A stretch of 64,000 nt of DNA, from assembly GCF_001194135.2 (NCBI RefSeq), contig NC_068981.1:176821684-176885683 (forward strand). Reading direction: 5' to 3'. Below are positions 36,423 through 49,475 of the stretch, piece by piece. The stretch comes from Octopus bimaculoides. Lineage: Eukaryota. The stretch's first letter is position 1; every line of letters begins with the position of its first letter. Below the pieces are notes generated by a model. That model ran no database searches and was not told where the DNA came from. It worked only from the letters and a program-made list of their open reading frames with translations. Both the position numbers and the translations under genes were made by a program.

Positions 36423-37617
36423 CAAAAACAAAAGGCCTTACAATAGTTATGGCTTCACTTACATTTGAGATTAGTCAATGAGAAGGAAAGACAGTTTATA
36501 TCAATAATGATGAATATTATATCAAAGTGTGATGAGACAGATGCATCAAGTATTTTACTTTTTAGTATTCACTACTTATGAACAAGAAAAAAAATTATCT
36601 GTACCTTCAGTTTTGATGACTTGTGTTAAAAAGAAAACTAGGTGCTATTTTCTTGTCAAACAAACATTTTTAAGCTCTAATATATTTAAAAAGAAAAAAA
36701 CACATATATATAAAATGCTGGACTCTGAAGTCACACTAGTGCTTTTCATACTAAGCAGCATACAAACTGTAACTGTGTTAGTGATATCATTAGTGATTAT
36801 AGTAGCAGCAGAAGCTGTCGGTTTTAATATGACTATGTTTGAAGATCAATAAAGAGTTGGAAACACTAAGAGCCTGTTGATTGTGATAAATCTACATGTA
36901 GCTGTAGCATATATAATTCCTTTCCTATTAAGTTTGAACTAATTCCTAGCATCTCTTCAATAGAGAACAGCACACATTGATAAAAGGTGAAGCTAAATAG
37001 GCTTAGTTCTTCCACAAAATATTCAGAGAATATACATCTATTAGCTCCAGTGAATTAAAATACATGTGTGGATATCTGTGTATTTTATTTTTATGTTTGT
37101 TTATACACATATATAATAATGCATATATGCGAATATGCTTATCATCCTCTCTCTGCATGTCTGCGTGAGTGTTCAGGTGCACATTTCCATGCATATTTTA
37201 ATGATCAAATCTGTCCGCATATGTATTTCACTTTTTGTTGGCCAGAGGTATTCCCTTTCATACCTAACGTTCACTGACTGAACTTTCCAGGTTTGAATCA
37301 GAAATTTGATCAGTCACACAAAACCACCTGTTAGTTATTTCATTACTTTTATACGTGTAAAAAAAAAAAAAAAAAAAAGATGTATTACATGAGTATACAA
37401 TTGCATTAATAGTAAGCATGAATGGAATCTAACACTTGAAATTAAATCCAAGATACTACATGCTTCCAGGATTTTAATCACAGTAGCAAAAACAAAAAAA
37501 AAGATGGGAAACTACATATGCTGGTGTCATATAAATCATAAAAAAATATCTTTTCCAATTCAAACAATACATTAAAACATTAAATACCTACATGGTATTT
37601 ATGCTTAATCAAAGTGA

Positions 37618-37928
37618 GGGTGTGTGGCTTAGTGGTGAGGGCATTTGGCTCATGATCGGAAGGTCATGAGTCCAATTTCCGGCAGCATGTTGTGTCCTTG
37701 AGCAAGACACTTTATTTCCCGTTGTTCCAGTCCACTGAGCTGGCAAAAGTGAATAGCACCTGGCCGGCCTTGTCACAGTATGTGTCATGCTGAATCTCCC
37801 TGAGAACTACATTAAGGGTACATGCGTCTGTGGAGTGCTTAGCCACTTGCTCATTAGTTTCACAAGCAGGTTGTTCCATTGATTAGATCAATTGGAACTC
37901 TCACTGTCATAACCGATGGAGAGCCAGT
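37618..37928 (+). mobile_element. tRNA-derived SINE: family G-like head with the 3' body of the tRNA-Arg SINE
   Basis: gttgtgtccttgagcaagacac followed by gagaactacattaagggtacatgcgtctgtggagtgc..ccgatggagagcc. Confidence 0.8.
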
Positions 37929-39290
37929 TAATGTTGGTCATAACTCAAGCTTTATTTACATTTTAAGGTGGCAAAATAGCAGAATTGTTCATTGTTAACA
38001 TCATAAAAATTTATAAACTTCAAAAGAAGAAATAATTCTTTTCTTTTAACGCTAGAATTCAGAACAGAAAATCTATAAATAACATCATGTAAATATTGGG
38101 TTAAAAACCCTCTGATTTGAAAAAAATCTAAGGCTTCCCAGAACACCTGTCCTGTTTACAGGTGATGTAGTTTTTTGCCCCACATGCAAAGCTTTCGACT
38201 TTTTGTATTTGAAAGGTTTTCTAATCCAATATTTACACATTACTATTTATAGCTTTATCTTCTTCGAGATCTACAGTTTCCCCTCAAAAAGAAAATTTAT
38301 TTCATGTTCAGTAGAATGCCTGTGGTATTTGTTCTGAGTCTCTAAACTCTGAGTGGAAATCCCACCAAAGTCAGCATTCTCTTCATCTTTTCGAGACTGA
38401 TAACAAAGTAGCCTTCTAGAGCGGTGGATTGACAGAAAGGTAAGAAAAGGTGAGGCAAGATGCTTTACAGCAATTGTTCTAGCTCTTTACATTCTGATAA
38501 CAACACCTGCAATGGTGCTAGTGCCAAGCTGTGTCAGCCCCAAGGCAACAACCTTTACCTTGGATGACATTGGCAGCACAGATGAGCAACTCCTAGTCTT
38601 CCTTAAAAAGGTCTGCACATGTTTGTGTGTGATCAACCTTGACTGATGGAGACCCTGTATGTTTATTTTAAGTTGAGGAATTGATATTATAAACATCAAT
38701 GTTTTTATGTATAACATGTTAAAATACCAGTATGTTATGATTCTACATCTTGAATAAAATGTAAAATAGTGTAGATGTTTGTGGCACACATTGAATATAG
38801 AGGAAGTAATACGAGTCAACGAAGGCATTTCAACATGGTCATTCAACTTGCTAAACGATGATGATGAGATACAACATTAAAGTTAAAGATAATGATGATG
38901 TCCAACCCATGTCAGTAAGGAAGATGAACATTTAAGAAAGATGATATGTGGAGGGTGACTCTTAAAAGCTATGTGTTTCCTTCAAAAAACAAACCCTAAG
39001 CATATCATATGCTAAAAAACACTGAGTTAGGAACTTCAAGACCAGTTTTGTATGTGAAACATATGAGACCCCATGCTAAACCATGCTAAAACATAAGATT
39101 TACAAATCTTTAATGGTGTCCAGCAGAGTATTTGTGGACTGTTTCATCTTTAAATAGAACAATTGACTACTTTGCATTTTTATAAAGAGCATACTTTTAC
39201 ACAGTGACATGACAATGAGATGTGCTATTTCAATGCCATATCTCAATAATATCTTGTATTATTATTTCTGAAACTATGACTGTAACATTC

Positions 39291-39362
<72 letters not shown>

Positions 39363-41835
39363 AAACATACCTCAACTTATGTACCCAATTGGCTTCAAGA
39401 CATGAAATTTAACTTAAAAACAATGTATCATGAAAAAAACATTTAAAAAACTTTAATTAGATTATATCTGTTCTAATAAATGGTTCGTAAATATTTTCAC
39501 ATGTATTTTATTTGATTTTCTACTTTAGTATTGGACTTTAGGTGGTTTTAATTTTCATGCTTTTAAATATATTCACTAAGATTAACATAAAGTTGGATAA
39601 ATAAACTGAAGTTGAGATTTTTTTTTTACCCTTAATTTCTTTAAAAACAAAAAAAGATAAAGATGAAAAAAGATATAATTCAAAGCAAAGATGAGGTATG
39701 CTTGTAGTTGATAGACAGGGACCAAGTCTCAATAAGATGGCTAATTATCATTTTAGGACATATTCTAAAAGGAAAATTTTTTAGTAAACATTCCAGGTTT
39801 TATACTTCCTCTGAGTTGCAACTTTCGGAGCTGAATGCATTGACTTAGATTTTAGTTCATGATATAACATAAAATTATTTAATTTATTTACTCCATCACA
39901 GATCCAAACATTGAAAAATATTCAAGGAAGAGATTAGCTTCTGTGATAAAAATTGGATAAAATATAATTAGATTTTTTTAAATAAAACATCAAAGAGAAG
40001 ATTTATATAATTATAGAAAATTGAGTAAGGGAAAAAATATTGCTTTCTTATCACTCAAATTTACCTTCACAAGAAAATAATTTTGGAACCAGCTATTTTT
40101 CAATACACATCTGATTATCAATTGATAAGTTTTTCTCTTCTTTTTTTTTTCTATACCTTCTTATAGTATCCAATTAAATATATTGTGAAGCAAAGTGTCC
40201 CTAAACAAGCTCTATGAATAGAATTAATGTGTCAGTGTACTTACTAGAGAAAGGAGGTACTATTAAATTGTAAGAATGCAATCTAAGTATTTGCACTAAT
40301 TTTTTTTCTATATACACACACACTTTTTTTGGCAGACAGAGTCCTTTTGATTTTTTTCTTAAACTATTACCACAGTCTATGAAACAGTTTGGTACAGATT
40401 AATATAACTAAAAATTAAGAAAAACATTTCTTTCAAAACACTATTTTTATATTGGCAACAACATTTTCTTATTGTACCTGTCTAAACTATATTCTGACCT
40501 TATTAAATATTAGCTTCTTGCTACGATTTTAAAAAATATATGAAAGCTGCCTTCCAACAAAGAGATAATTTTTTTTTTTTAAAGATGCTAATACTTTTAA
40601 AGGTATTATAGATTTTATTCTTAATAACTGCAGTTTCAGAATGCAGTGCTATTATTTCCTTAGAATATGGTAAAACTCATAAGTTGTGCATTGCTCATTT
40701 AGAAAATGTTGTTTAAAGATTACTGAATCTACTAGCATGCATCACAATATACTTAAAGTTTCTGTTATTGAATTGCTCTTCTGCAGTGAAAAGAAGATAA
40801 GGTGCAGGTATTTTTCATGTGAATGCAGTGATTTTTAAAGAGATGAAGACAATACTACAACCTTCTGCCATTAGCAATAAAAGATCAATATATCCAGAGA
40901 AATTTCTTGTTTATGAGAATCTGTCTGCCATCTATTAAACAAGTCTCTTTTACACTAAGTGACTGATGCATTTTTAAAAACATAAAATTGCTGCAGAGAA
41001 TTTATAAAAGGTGGGTGGGGAAGATCTTAAAAAATATTAAATAAGTTAAGGAAAAAGGAATAATTGTTCTAAAGATCTGTGATTTTTTTTTTTCCCTTTA
41101 TGTTGTATTTCAATTTCCATCTCCATTGATTTTATAGCAGGAATAGTTAATGTTTGTAACTAACCATAAGCACTTCTATTGTCTTTGATTTGGTTCTCTA
41201 AGTTAATTTAGTGTCAATAAAAGGAACAAAATTATTTGACTAGTTTTGCTTGTGTGTTGTAGCTTCCGGTCAGCTCTGATCAAGCAATCAAGCAGACGTA
41301 TGGCACATAGATATTGCCAGCTGATTGACTTCATTTAATCGACAGCTCTACTTTATTGTCATACTTTCATCTGGCTGAGGATCATACTACACACTGATAT
41401 CTAGTATTTGATTATATGTGGTACAGTATGACAGACAGTCTGGGAATGTTGTACTCTCTCCACTATCAGGTACACATCTGTATGTCTACTGTTGTTGCAT
41501 CCCAGTGCCTGCCCTAATTGTGCAAACCTATAATCAAAGACAATCCAGTTATGATCCTCCCATCTGTTTTGTATATCGTGGATTACATTGTACGATGTGT
41601 CTTTCCACTATTTTTAATAATGATAATGAGGGTATTTGAAAAAAATCTAGCTGCTATTTTTAGCAAGTGAAGTGATTGCAAAGTGGCTCCTTTGCTTCAT
41701 CTGAAAGTTTAGATTCTGGTAGTTGCCATGCTGGAGCAATTCGAAACATAACTGAAAACACTATCATCAGAGAACATTGTTTAGAGCTAATGAGGTTACT
41801 CTTTTACATATTCGTTTTTGTAATTGTCAGGTGGA

Positions 41836-41882
<47 letters not shown>

Positions 41883-42139
41883 NNNNNNNNNNTTTTATAG
41901 ATGTGTCTTTGTTTGGAGATTATGGAGATTGTTTGTACATATACTGGCAGGAACTATGAGGTTTACAGCTTTAATAACAAACTTATTCCATTTGCATGTC
42001 CAGGTGATCTCTTATCTATTTATTTATTTATTTATTCATTTATTTATTTATTTATTTATTTGTTTCAATTTGCAGTTACTCTGTCAGAGTACAACTTTCT
42101 ATTTCAAAAATACACTGTTTTATATTCCTTAAAGTTTAT

Positions 42140-43270
42140 GATTTTTAAAGAGAGATTGAGGACCCAGGCAGGATTAGCACAGTCCTTAATAGATTAGATT
42201 CTTTGCTTGTACATTGATGTTACTGTTTCCATTCTGGCGTGACTGTGTATCCTTTTACTTTTTCCACTGTTTTCTACATATTCTGTGAATGTTGTAGATA
42301 TGTTGTGGTCTATAATTCCTAGTATATTTTTGTCCTTTGTGCATTTTGTTGGGTGCAATGGTTGATTGCAATTGATGTTCTATGCTGTCACTAGTAGAAA
42401 ATGAAATGGAGGAAGTTGTGTAGCTGTGCCTGATGGCTGTTCATTAGATATGTACGAGATGTTTGAGATCTGCTTTTGAGACCCTTTTCGTGCCAACCTG
42501 CTTGAGACTTCCCTTGATGCTATGGTACAAAGTTCCTGGTTTAAATGTATCAAAATTAAAATTGCATGTAGATGTATGTTCCAAACATCAGTTTAATAAT
42601 GACAAAATTATTTTACTCTATCTTCATTATTTTTGAAGTTAATTAAAATACAAAGAGTGTATTTCAACAGAAATACAGTAATAAAAGGGTCAAGAGATGT
42701 AGAAAGATTGTGTGAATATAAATTAAAGTGAGTGGGTGAGAGGACAGAACTTTGTGGCACTCCATTAAGAAAACTACAAAATTTAAAATTTGTTGTATAC
42801 TAAACAGATTTGGTAACCTGACTAGTTTGTTAGCAAATGTTTTGTATTGTTTCTTAAGAAGGTATTGAATATTTTCTGTATAAATGGATAGGAGAGAATG
42901 GAGTTGAAAGCTGTGTTGATATCAATGAAATAAATAGAAAGGTGGAAGCCATCATGTATTTTTTATTTTTACTGTAAGTTATGTGAAACGTGTGGTGATT
43001 GGGTAATGTGGTCAAACTCAATGATTTGATTTGATGAGGAATTGAAAGGTGTGTAGGTTGGTGATGACAACAACAGTCTTTCTAAAATGTTTCTGAGTAG
43101 GAATAGGAGAGTATTGAAACTCAATGATGTTGCTTTGCTTGAGTTTTAGGTTTTAAGGTTATAAGGAATAATTCATGTTTCTCAATATTTCTAGATTTGG
43201 CGTTGCCTGTATGAGTAGTTGTAGAGAATATCTTGGATAAATGCCAAAGGCAGTGTTGATATGATTGCAG
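42140..43270 (-). mobile_element. Degraded I/Jockey-group LINE RT region
   Basis: Minus remnants FIDINTAFNSI, NGVPQSSVLSPTHFNLY, KNILGIIDHNISTTFTEYVETVEKVK, CANPAWVLNLS in canonical order. Confidence 0.8.
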
Positions 43271-43624
43271 TGTTCCCTCTAAGCTGTGCACTGGAGTGTA
43301 TTACATGCATTTCACATCAAGAAAAGCAACAACAAAAAATATGGACACATGTTTTCAAAATTAAATCAAATTTTTTTTTTAACTGCAAAAATTTCTGCAA
43401 TAGTTATTTGCATAGATGTACACATACTTTGCAAAGAAAGACAAAATTTGTATACAATGCAAATTTCTGCCACCATCTGCACAGTAGAAAATTGGAGAGA
43501 ACATTGTATAAGAATACCACTTGACCACCTGATATTATTGAATAATCCTTTCTATTATAAGCACAAAATCTGAAATTTTGAGGAAGGAACTTGCTGGTTA
43601 TATCAACCCTATCACTTGACTGGT

Positions 43625-44010
43625 GTGGAGACGCAATGGCCCAGTGGTTAGGGCAGTGGACACGTGGTCATAGGATAGTGGTTTCAACTCCCAGACCGGG
43701 TGTTGTGAGTGTTTATTGAGCAAAAACACCTAAAGCTCCACGAGGCTCCGGCACGGGGTAGTGGCGAACCCTGCTGTACTCTTTCACCACAACTTTCTCT
43801 CACTCTGTCTTCCTGTTTCTGTTGTACCTGTATTTCAAAGGGCCAGCCTTGTCACACTCTGTGTCACGCTGAATCTCCCCCGAGAACTACATTAAGGGTA
43901 CACATGTCCGTGGAGTGCTCAGCCACTTGCACGTTAATTTCACAAGCAGGCTGTTCCGTTGATCGGATCAACTAGAACCCTCATCGTCGTAACCGATGGA
44001 GTGCCAACCA
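43625..44010 (+). mobile_element. tRNA-Arg-like SINE inserted in a minus-strand family C copy
   Basis: 14-bp TSD ATCACTTGAC(T/A)GGT at 43611-43624 and 44011-44024; the host continues to about 44160. Confidence 0.92.
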
Positions 44011-44766
44011 ATCACTTGACAGGTACTTATTTCATTGACTCCCAAAAAGATGAAAGGCAAAGTTGACCTAAACAGAATTTGAACTCAGAACAAAAGAGAG
44101 AAGAAATGTCACAAAGTGTTTTTGTCTGGCATGCTAACAATTCTGCCAGCCCACCACCTCAGTAATACTGAATAATAATTATACAAATATGTTATTTTAT
44201 GTCAAAGGTTAACCAAGATTCTCGTACAGTCAACTTCCTAGATAACAGCAACTTCTGAGATTTGAAATACTGTTATAGTCAATTTTCTGTTGTTTTTAAA
44301 GTAATATTAAAGGCATTTATTATATTAAACATGGGGTACTGTAAATATGGGATAAAAATACTTGGATTCTTGTTATTCTGGTTGCCAGTATTTTCGGAGT
44401 TTAACTGTAGGGTAACATGATTTTAATGTTTAACTGATAGTTATGATTTTAAAGTGTTTATAATTTAAAGGCATTTATCGTCTTAAAAGTGGGTACAGCA
44501 AATAAGAGATAGAGATGCAGTATAATAAATACTGCTTTGTTTGCTACTAACTGTATAGTAAGTAATTGGGTGGGAGGATATTGCAAAATAAAAATAGCAT
44601 CTTTGAAATTGCAGAAGCAGATGTAAACAAACCAACACATTGTTAGCAAGTATTTCTTTTCTTCCTTTTACTTCTATCTTTTACTTGTTTCAGTCACTGA
44701 ACTGTGGTCAGGCTGGAGCACTAGTTCAAAGAGTTTTAGTCAAACAGATCACCTCCAGTGTTTATT

Positions 44767-44800
<34 letters not shown>

Positions 44801-44801
<1 letters not shown>

Positions 44802-45412
44802 CCTGTACATACTATAAAAGCTAATAATAACCCCGTACAAACTATAAAAGCTAATAAACCGGATAGTATTATAAAAGATCAGACAAAGAAGAAGTGTTTA
44901 TTAATTGACATGAGTATTCCTTGCGATCATAATATAGCGGCGAAAGAATTTGACAAGATCAGTAAATATAAAGACTTGCTAATAGAAATTGAAAAAATGT
45001 GGCATCTCAAGGCGACTACCGTACCAGTGATTGTAAGATCTCTAGGAATGATAAAAAAAGGTTCTGAAACCTATTTGAAAATGATACCAGGCTTACCATC
45101 CCTACAGGAAGTGCAAAAAATCGTGTTAACTGGAACAACTCATGTACAGAGAAGAGCATTGTTGCTGTGAAAATAACATCCATTCATGAATTTATTTATT
45201 TACTCTTTTACTCTTTTACTTGTTTCAGTCTTTTGACTGTGGCCATGCTGGAGCACCGCCTTTATTAATTTTTTTTAAATACATATTTTACCTGTGAATT
45301 TGCGTGTGTAAACTGGGAATGCATACAATGAGCTTCTCTGCCTTATGTGTACGGAAAACACTCGGCGAGAAATGGAAGAAAATTTGAAGAAAGAAGAAGA
45401 AAAAACAACACA
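44801..45412 (+). mobile_element. R4/Dong-type RLE LINE 3' fragment between (AAT)n arrays
   Basis: ANKPDSIIKDQTKKKCLLIDMSIPCDHNIAAKEFDKISKYKDL..KIVLTGTTHVQRRAL contains the PD..D-(D/E)xK restriction-like endonuclease motif. The inferred 3'UTR is interrupted by a SINE A tail. Confidence 0.88.
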
Positions 45413-45424
45413 ATAATAATAATA

Positions 45425-45656
45425 ATCCTTTCTACTATAGGAACATGGCCAGCAATTTCAAGGAAGGTTGTAAGTTGATTACATTAACCCCAGTGCTCAA
45501 CTGGTACTTATTTTATTGACCCCGAAAGGATGACAGTCAAAGTTGGGAACTCAGCAGACTTCAAGCTCAGAACATAAAGACAAAATGCTGGTAAGCATTT
45601 TGCCAAGCAGGCTAACAATTTTGCCAGCTTCACCCCCTTGAAAATAGTAACAATGA

Positions 45657-45724
<68 letters not shown>

Positions 45725-45727
45725 GTG

Positions 45728-45774
<47 letters not shown>

Positions 45775-45987
45775 CCTTTCTACTAAAGGCACAAGGGCTG
45801 AAATTTGGTGGGAGGGGGACAAATTGATGACATTAACCCCAGTGTTTCATTGGTAGTTAGTTTATCAATCCCAAAAGGATGAACGGCAAAGTCGACCTCG
45901 GTGGAATTTGAACGCAGAACATAACAACGATCAAAATACTGCTAAGCATTTCATCCAGTATGCTAACAAGTCTGCCAGCTCACTACC

Positions 45988-45990
<3 letters not shown>
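45425..45990 (-). mobile_element. Two tandem family C SINEs separated and flanked by long (AAT)n arrays
   Basis: Copies at about 45425-45635 and 45772-45990; (AAT)n at 45655-45773 and 45990-46045. Confidence 0.85.
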
Positions 45991-46048
<58 letters not shown>

Positions 46049-47284
46049 TGATGATAGGCAGCTTATACATATAAAAATATGAATATGCGAAATCAGAACT
46101 GTCTTTCATAGCTACAGGTTATATTTAGGTAGGGGTTTATGTTAAGGGAAGAATTGTGTGATTAAAGGATACCTGTTGTGTAGGTGACTTGTCTGTGTGA
46201 TGCAAAATTTGCTTTTAAAATAATCTTGATGACATCATTTTAACAAATTCAATATCTCTATCCGTACCTTGTGTCTGTCTGACTATTAATTTCTACATGT
46301 TGTTATTGGAAATAGTTTCGTTTGGAAATTGATAACATTTGCAAATATAGCTATGGAATAAATATTTCCAGTAAAAAAAACTATTATAAATAAATAAAAT
46401 AAAAACATTGCTTCCACCTGAATGATTACAGCAGGTGGGAGACTGTAGGAGGTTTCCTTTCATAAAAAAAAAAACCCTCTCAAACATTTCCTACAAGTTT
46501 AAAGCAACCCTTTTATTTACTGAAACATGAAACCTTAACATTTTGCTGTGAAATATAATCCTTCTTGAGTTCAACAATATTGATATGATACATTTTCTGA
46601 CTCATAATATCTGTGAACACCTATTGACTCTTGACACGCTCACTTTCTATTTTAGTAATGTCTAGCACACTGCTATTGATGACACTTATACTTCATAGCA
46701 ACATACAGTGATATGCCAGCATTCCATTTAATTTGCTTGCTGTAGTATCCAATATACAACCTGGCTTGATTAGCATTTGCTCACCAGACAAGTTTATTTT
46801 GCTCATGTTGCTTATTAATTATAAAGTAACTTTAAACTGATTGGTTCATAAACTGATGTAGAGAAAATTAAAACAAAAAAGAGGTACGCCAAATATTTTG
46901 ATGTTCTTAACACTTTTTTTTAAATGTCTTCTAAGAATGAAGGAGTTAGAAAAGAGGTGAGATGTAGTGTTATAAATACCAGACAGCAGGTAAATTTTTA
47001 GCAAATAATTGTATCCAAGCAACTTTGATTTTTAGTGTTTCAAAAGTAGTGTTGCAATTATCATGAAGGCAAAATTAGATAGACAATGGTAAATTGGTAG
47101 AATCATTAGAACATTGAACAAAATATTTTGCAATATTTGTCCCAGTTCTTTACATTCTGTATTCAAATCCTTCTGAAGCTAAATTTGCTTTTTATTCCTC
47201 CAAGCTCAGAAAAATAAAGTTCCAGACAAGTGGGGAGTCAATTAACTCCCTCGTATCTGAATTACAAACCATGGCAAAATTATG

Positions 47285-47407
47285 TTATTTATTTCTTTAT
47301 GTACTCAAACCCTAAGGTTGTGACCAAGCTGGGACACTGCCAGCAGGGAAAAAAACTCTGGTCTCCTGCATGACAGGTGAGCATACTCACCACTATGTTG
47401 CCAAGGA
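47285..47407 (-). pseudogene. tRNA-Asp(GTC)-derived pseudogene or short SINE
   Basis: Minus tccttggcaacatagtggtgagtatgctcacctgtcatgcaggagaccagag closely follows tRNA-Asp with CpG decay and a broken B-box, then a 50-bp tail ending aaagaaataaataa. Confidence 0.75.
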
Positions 47408-48904
47408 CCAATATAATATTTGAAGATAAAGTTATAATCTAGAGATGTTTTCAGTTATTGCTTTATTGTATACAACCAGAAATCTTCAAATTTTACAGGT
47501 TTCAAGACACCAACTTGAAGTAATAATAAGATGCTTGAAAGCAATTATCATCCTATATTGATAAATATCAAATATTAACTTTTTCTTGAACACGTCGTCT
47601 ATATCTAGAAATGGCAATTTAATTATATACATCACCAGATTATACTGAGGCTATTTACACACGTCTGCCAAATAAAAGAAGTGCATATTTATATATATAT
47701 ATATATATATATAATCAAAAACTCAGCATTTACTTACAGACATTTATACTAAATTACATTGACATGAATGCAGCAAAAGCTTATAAAACTAAGAACAAAG
47801 AAAATGAGTAAAAGTCAATATCAACTTGAAATTGCTGCTCTGGTCTTGTATAGATTATAAACCATTTAGCATTTACACTTGCCATATCCAACCCAAATAT
47901 TCTACCAGTTTTATGTTCAAATTAACCAGATCCAGCCTCTCACACCTACCCTACAATAACAATATCATTCTTAAAGTAAACAATGACATCATTGAAATCT
48001 TCAAGCTACAAAATAATGTATGGTTAATTCAAAATAATGTAAATAAATAAGCATTATATTTGACAGAGTAATCTGAATGCTAAGTGGTTGAGAATGACAA
48101 AATTCAGAGAAGTAGCAAGCAAAGTTCTGTAAGTGTAATGTTGGTTTACAATATGTAAAAGATGTTGGAGGAGATTGAGCCATAGATATAATTAATCCAT
48201 TTGAAACACTGATGAAGAATAATTCAAAGTACTTCATAATCACTTCTTAAGAAAACTGTAGTTTCTCTTCATTTATATGCACCTGGTTCTATTGTAAAAA
48301 TCTGCATTGAAGAGATGATGTTGGTATTTAGAATTATGTTCATTTTATAAATATTTTTGCAATGTGATATGTGGTAGTTAATTATCAACATACATGAACA
48401 TAAAGTTTTCTTGAGTCTTAACCTCAACTTTTGTGTTTCAATTTGTATGTTCATATAATCGGCATGATCTGTGACTATAAGCAGTGTTTTATTCCTCAAT
48501 ATATTCATTGTCAGAGAATGGATTTGAACATGGAGATTTAATTTGTAAATGAAGGGAATTAATGTGAATACACTGGTAGAACATTGTGGAACATTAATAC
48601 TTCTTGCTTATAAATAAATATTCTCTTTTCAAATAGTCTCACGCTGATTTTGAAGCAATCAAACATTTTGTGAACAAAACCACAAACAGATGAAGCTAAA
48701 AACAATATGGCAAATTTTTATTATCATAACTGATCTCTGAAATTTAAATTTCTATTCAAAGTAGTTATATTTAAATCTACTGCTTTACTCATTTAGTATT
48801 TTACACCAGCCAGTCTGTGTCTGTGTGTGTAGTGGAAACTGATTTTCTGCAATACATGTTTGTTTAATTCTTTAGCATTTAGATTACTCTGTCAAATGTA
48901 ATGT

Positions 48905-49290
48905 AAAGCTCCAACATCTGGTAACTGACTTAGTAGACACCCACAAGATTATCTACCATCTTTCCAACAACAACCTTGGGCACCTTTTTGAATTCCATAT
49001 GTCTGACACTCATGCACATGCTTACAAAATGATATGCTGAAGCATGGAATAAACTGCCTGCATCAGTTGTTAGCTGTCAAGACACTACATCCTTCAAAAA
49101 TTTCATGCTTCCTGAAATTCACCAACAGTACACCTGAAGCCTCTTCACCCCTCTCTTCTATTTTTTTTAAAGACTTTTTCACTGTTCACTTCTTGTGCAT
49201 ATTCTATGAACTGTTCATACAGTTTTGGTCACTTTTTCTGATGAGTTGTAATGCACCTGAGTACTGTATACAATAAGTTCTTTATCATAA
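48905..49290 (+). mobile_element. CR1-type LINE 3' end
   Basis: DLVDTHKII..AEAWNKLPASVVSCQDTTSFKNF..* matches the CR1 RT C-terminal pattern (WNxLP..VV..SFK). Confidence 0.8.
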
Positions 49291-49302
49291 TGTATTATTA
49301 TT

Positions 49303-49475
49303 TATTACCCTTCATGCGTAAGCAAAAGCAGGGTATTGTAATCGTTTTTGTCTGTTTGTTTGGGTGTTTGCAAAATTACTGGAAAACAGCTGAACAGATT
49401 TTCACCACATTTGGCAGAAATACTCATTTAGGTGAGTGGTTCAAAATGATGAACATTTGGTTAGATTCTCCAATA
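49303..49475 (+). mobile_element. Possible Helentron-associated (HINE/DINE-1-like) non-autonomous fragment
   Basis: ttattaccc..gggtattgtaatcg..gtctgtttgtttg..gaacagattttcaccacatttggc layout, recalled for such elements. Confidence 0.45.

Noticed and set aside
44640-45170. 176-aa ORF as a host gene
   Set aside because: It is a chimera of a SINE tail, (AAT)n and a truncated RLE LINE domain.
45425-46045. Family C SINE as a passenger of the Dong-type LINE because both lie in AAT arrays
   Set aside because: Family C has (ATT)n on its sense strand while the LINE has (AAT)n, and I see no shared 3' sequence.
47744-47795. Minus-strand segment with an excellent acceptor (ctcattttctttgttcttag) and donor (GTAAGT)
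   Set aside because: Stops in all three frames. It shows that strong splice-site pairs arise by chance here, which is why exon calls are low confidence.
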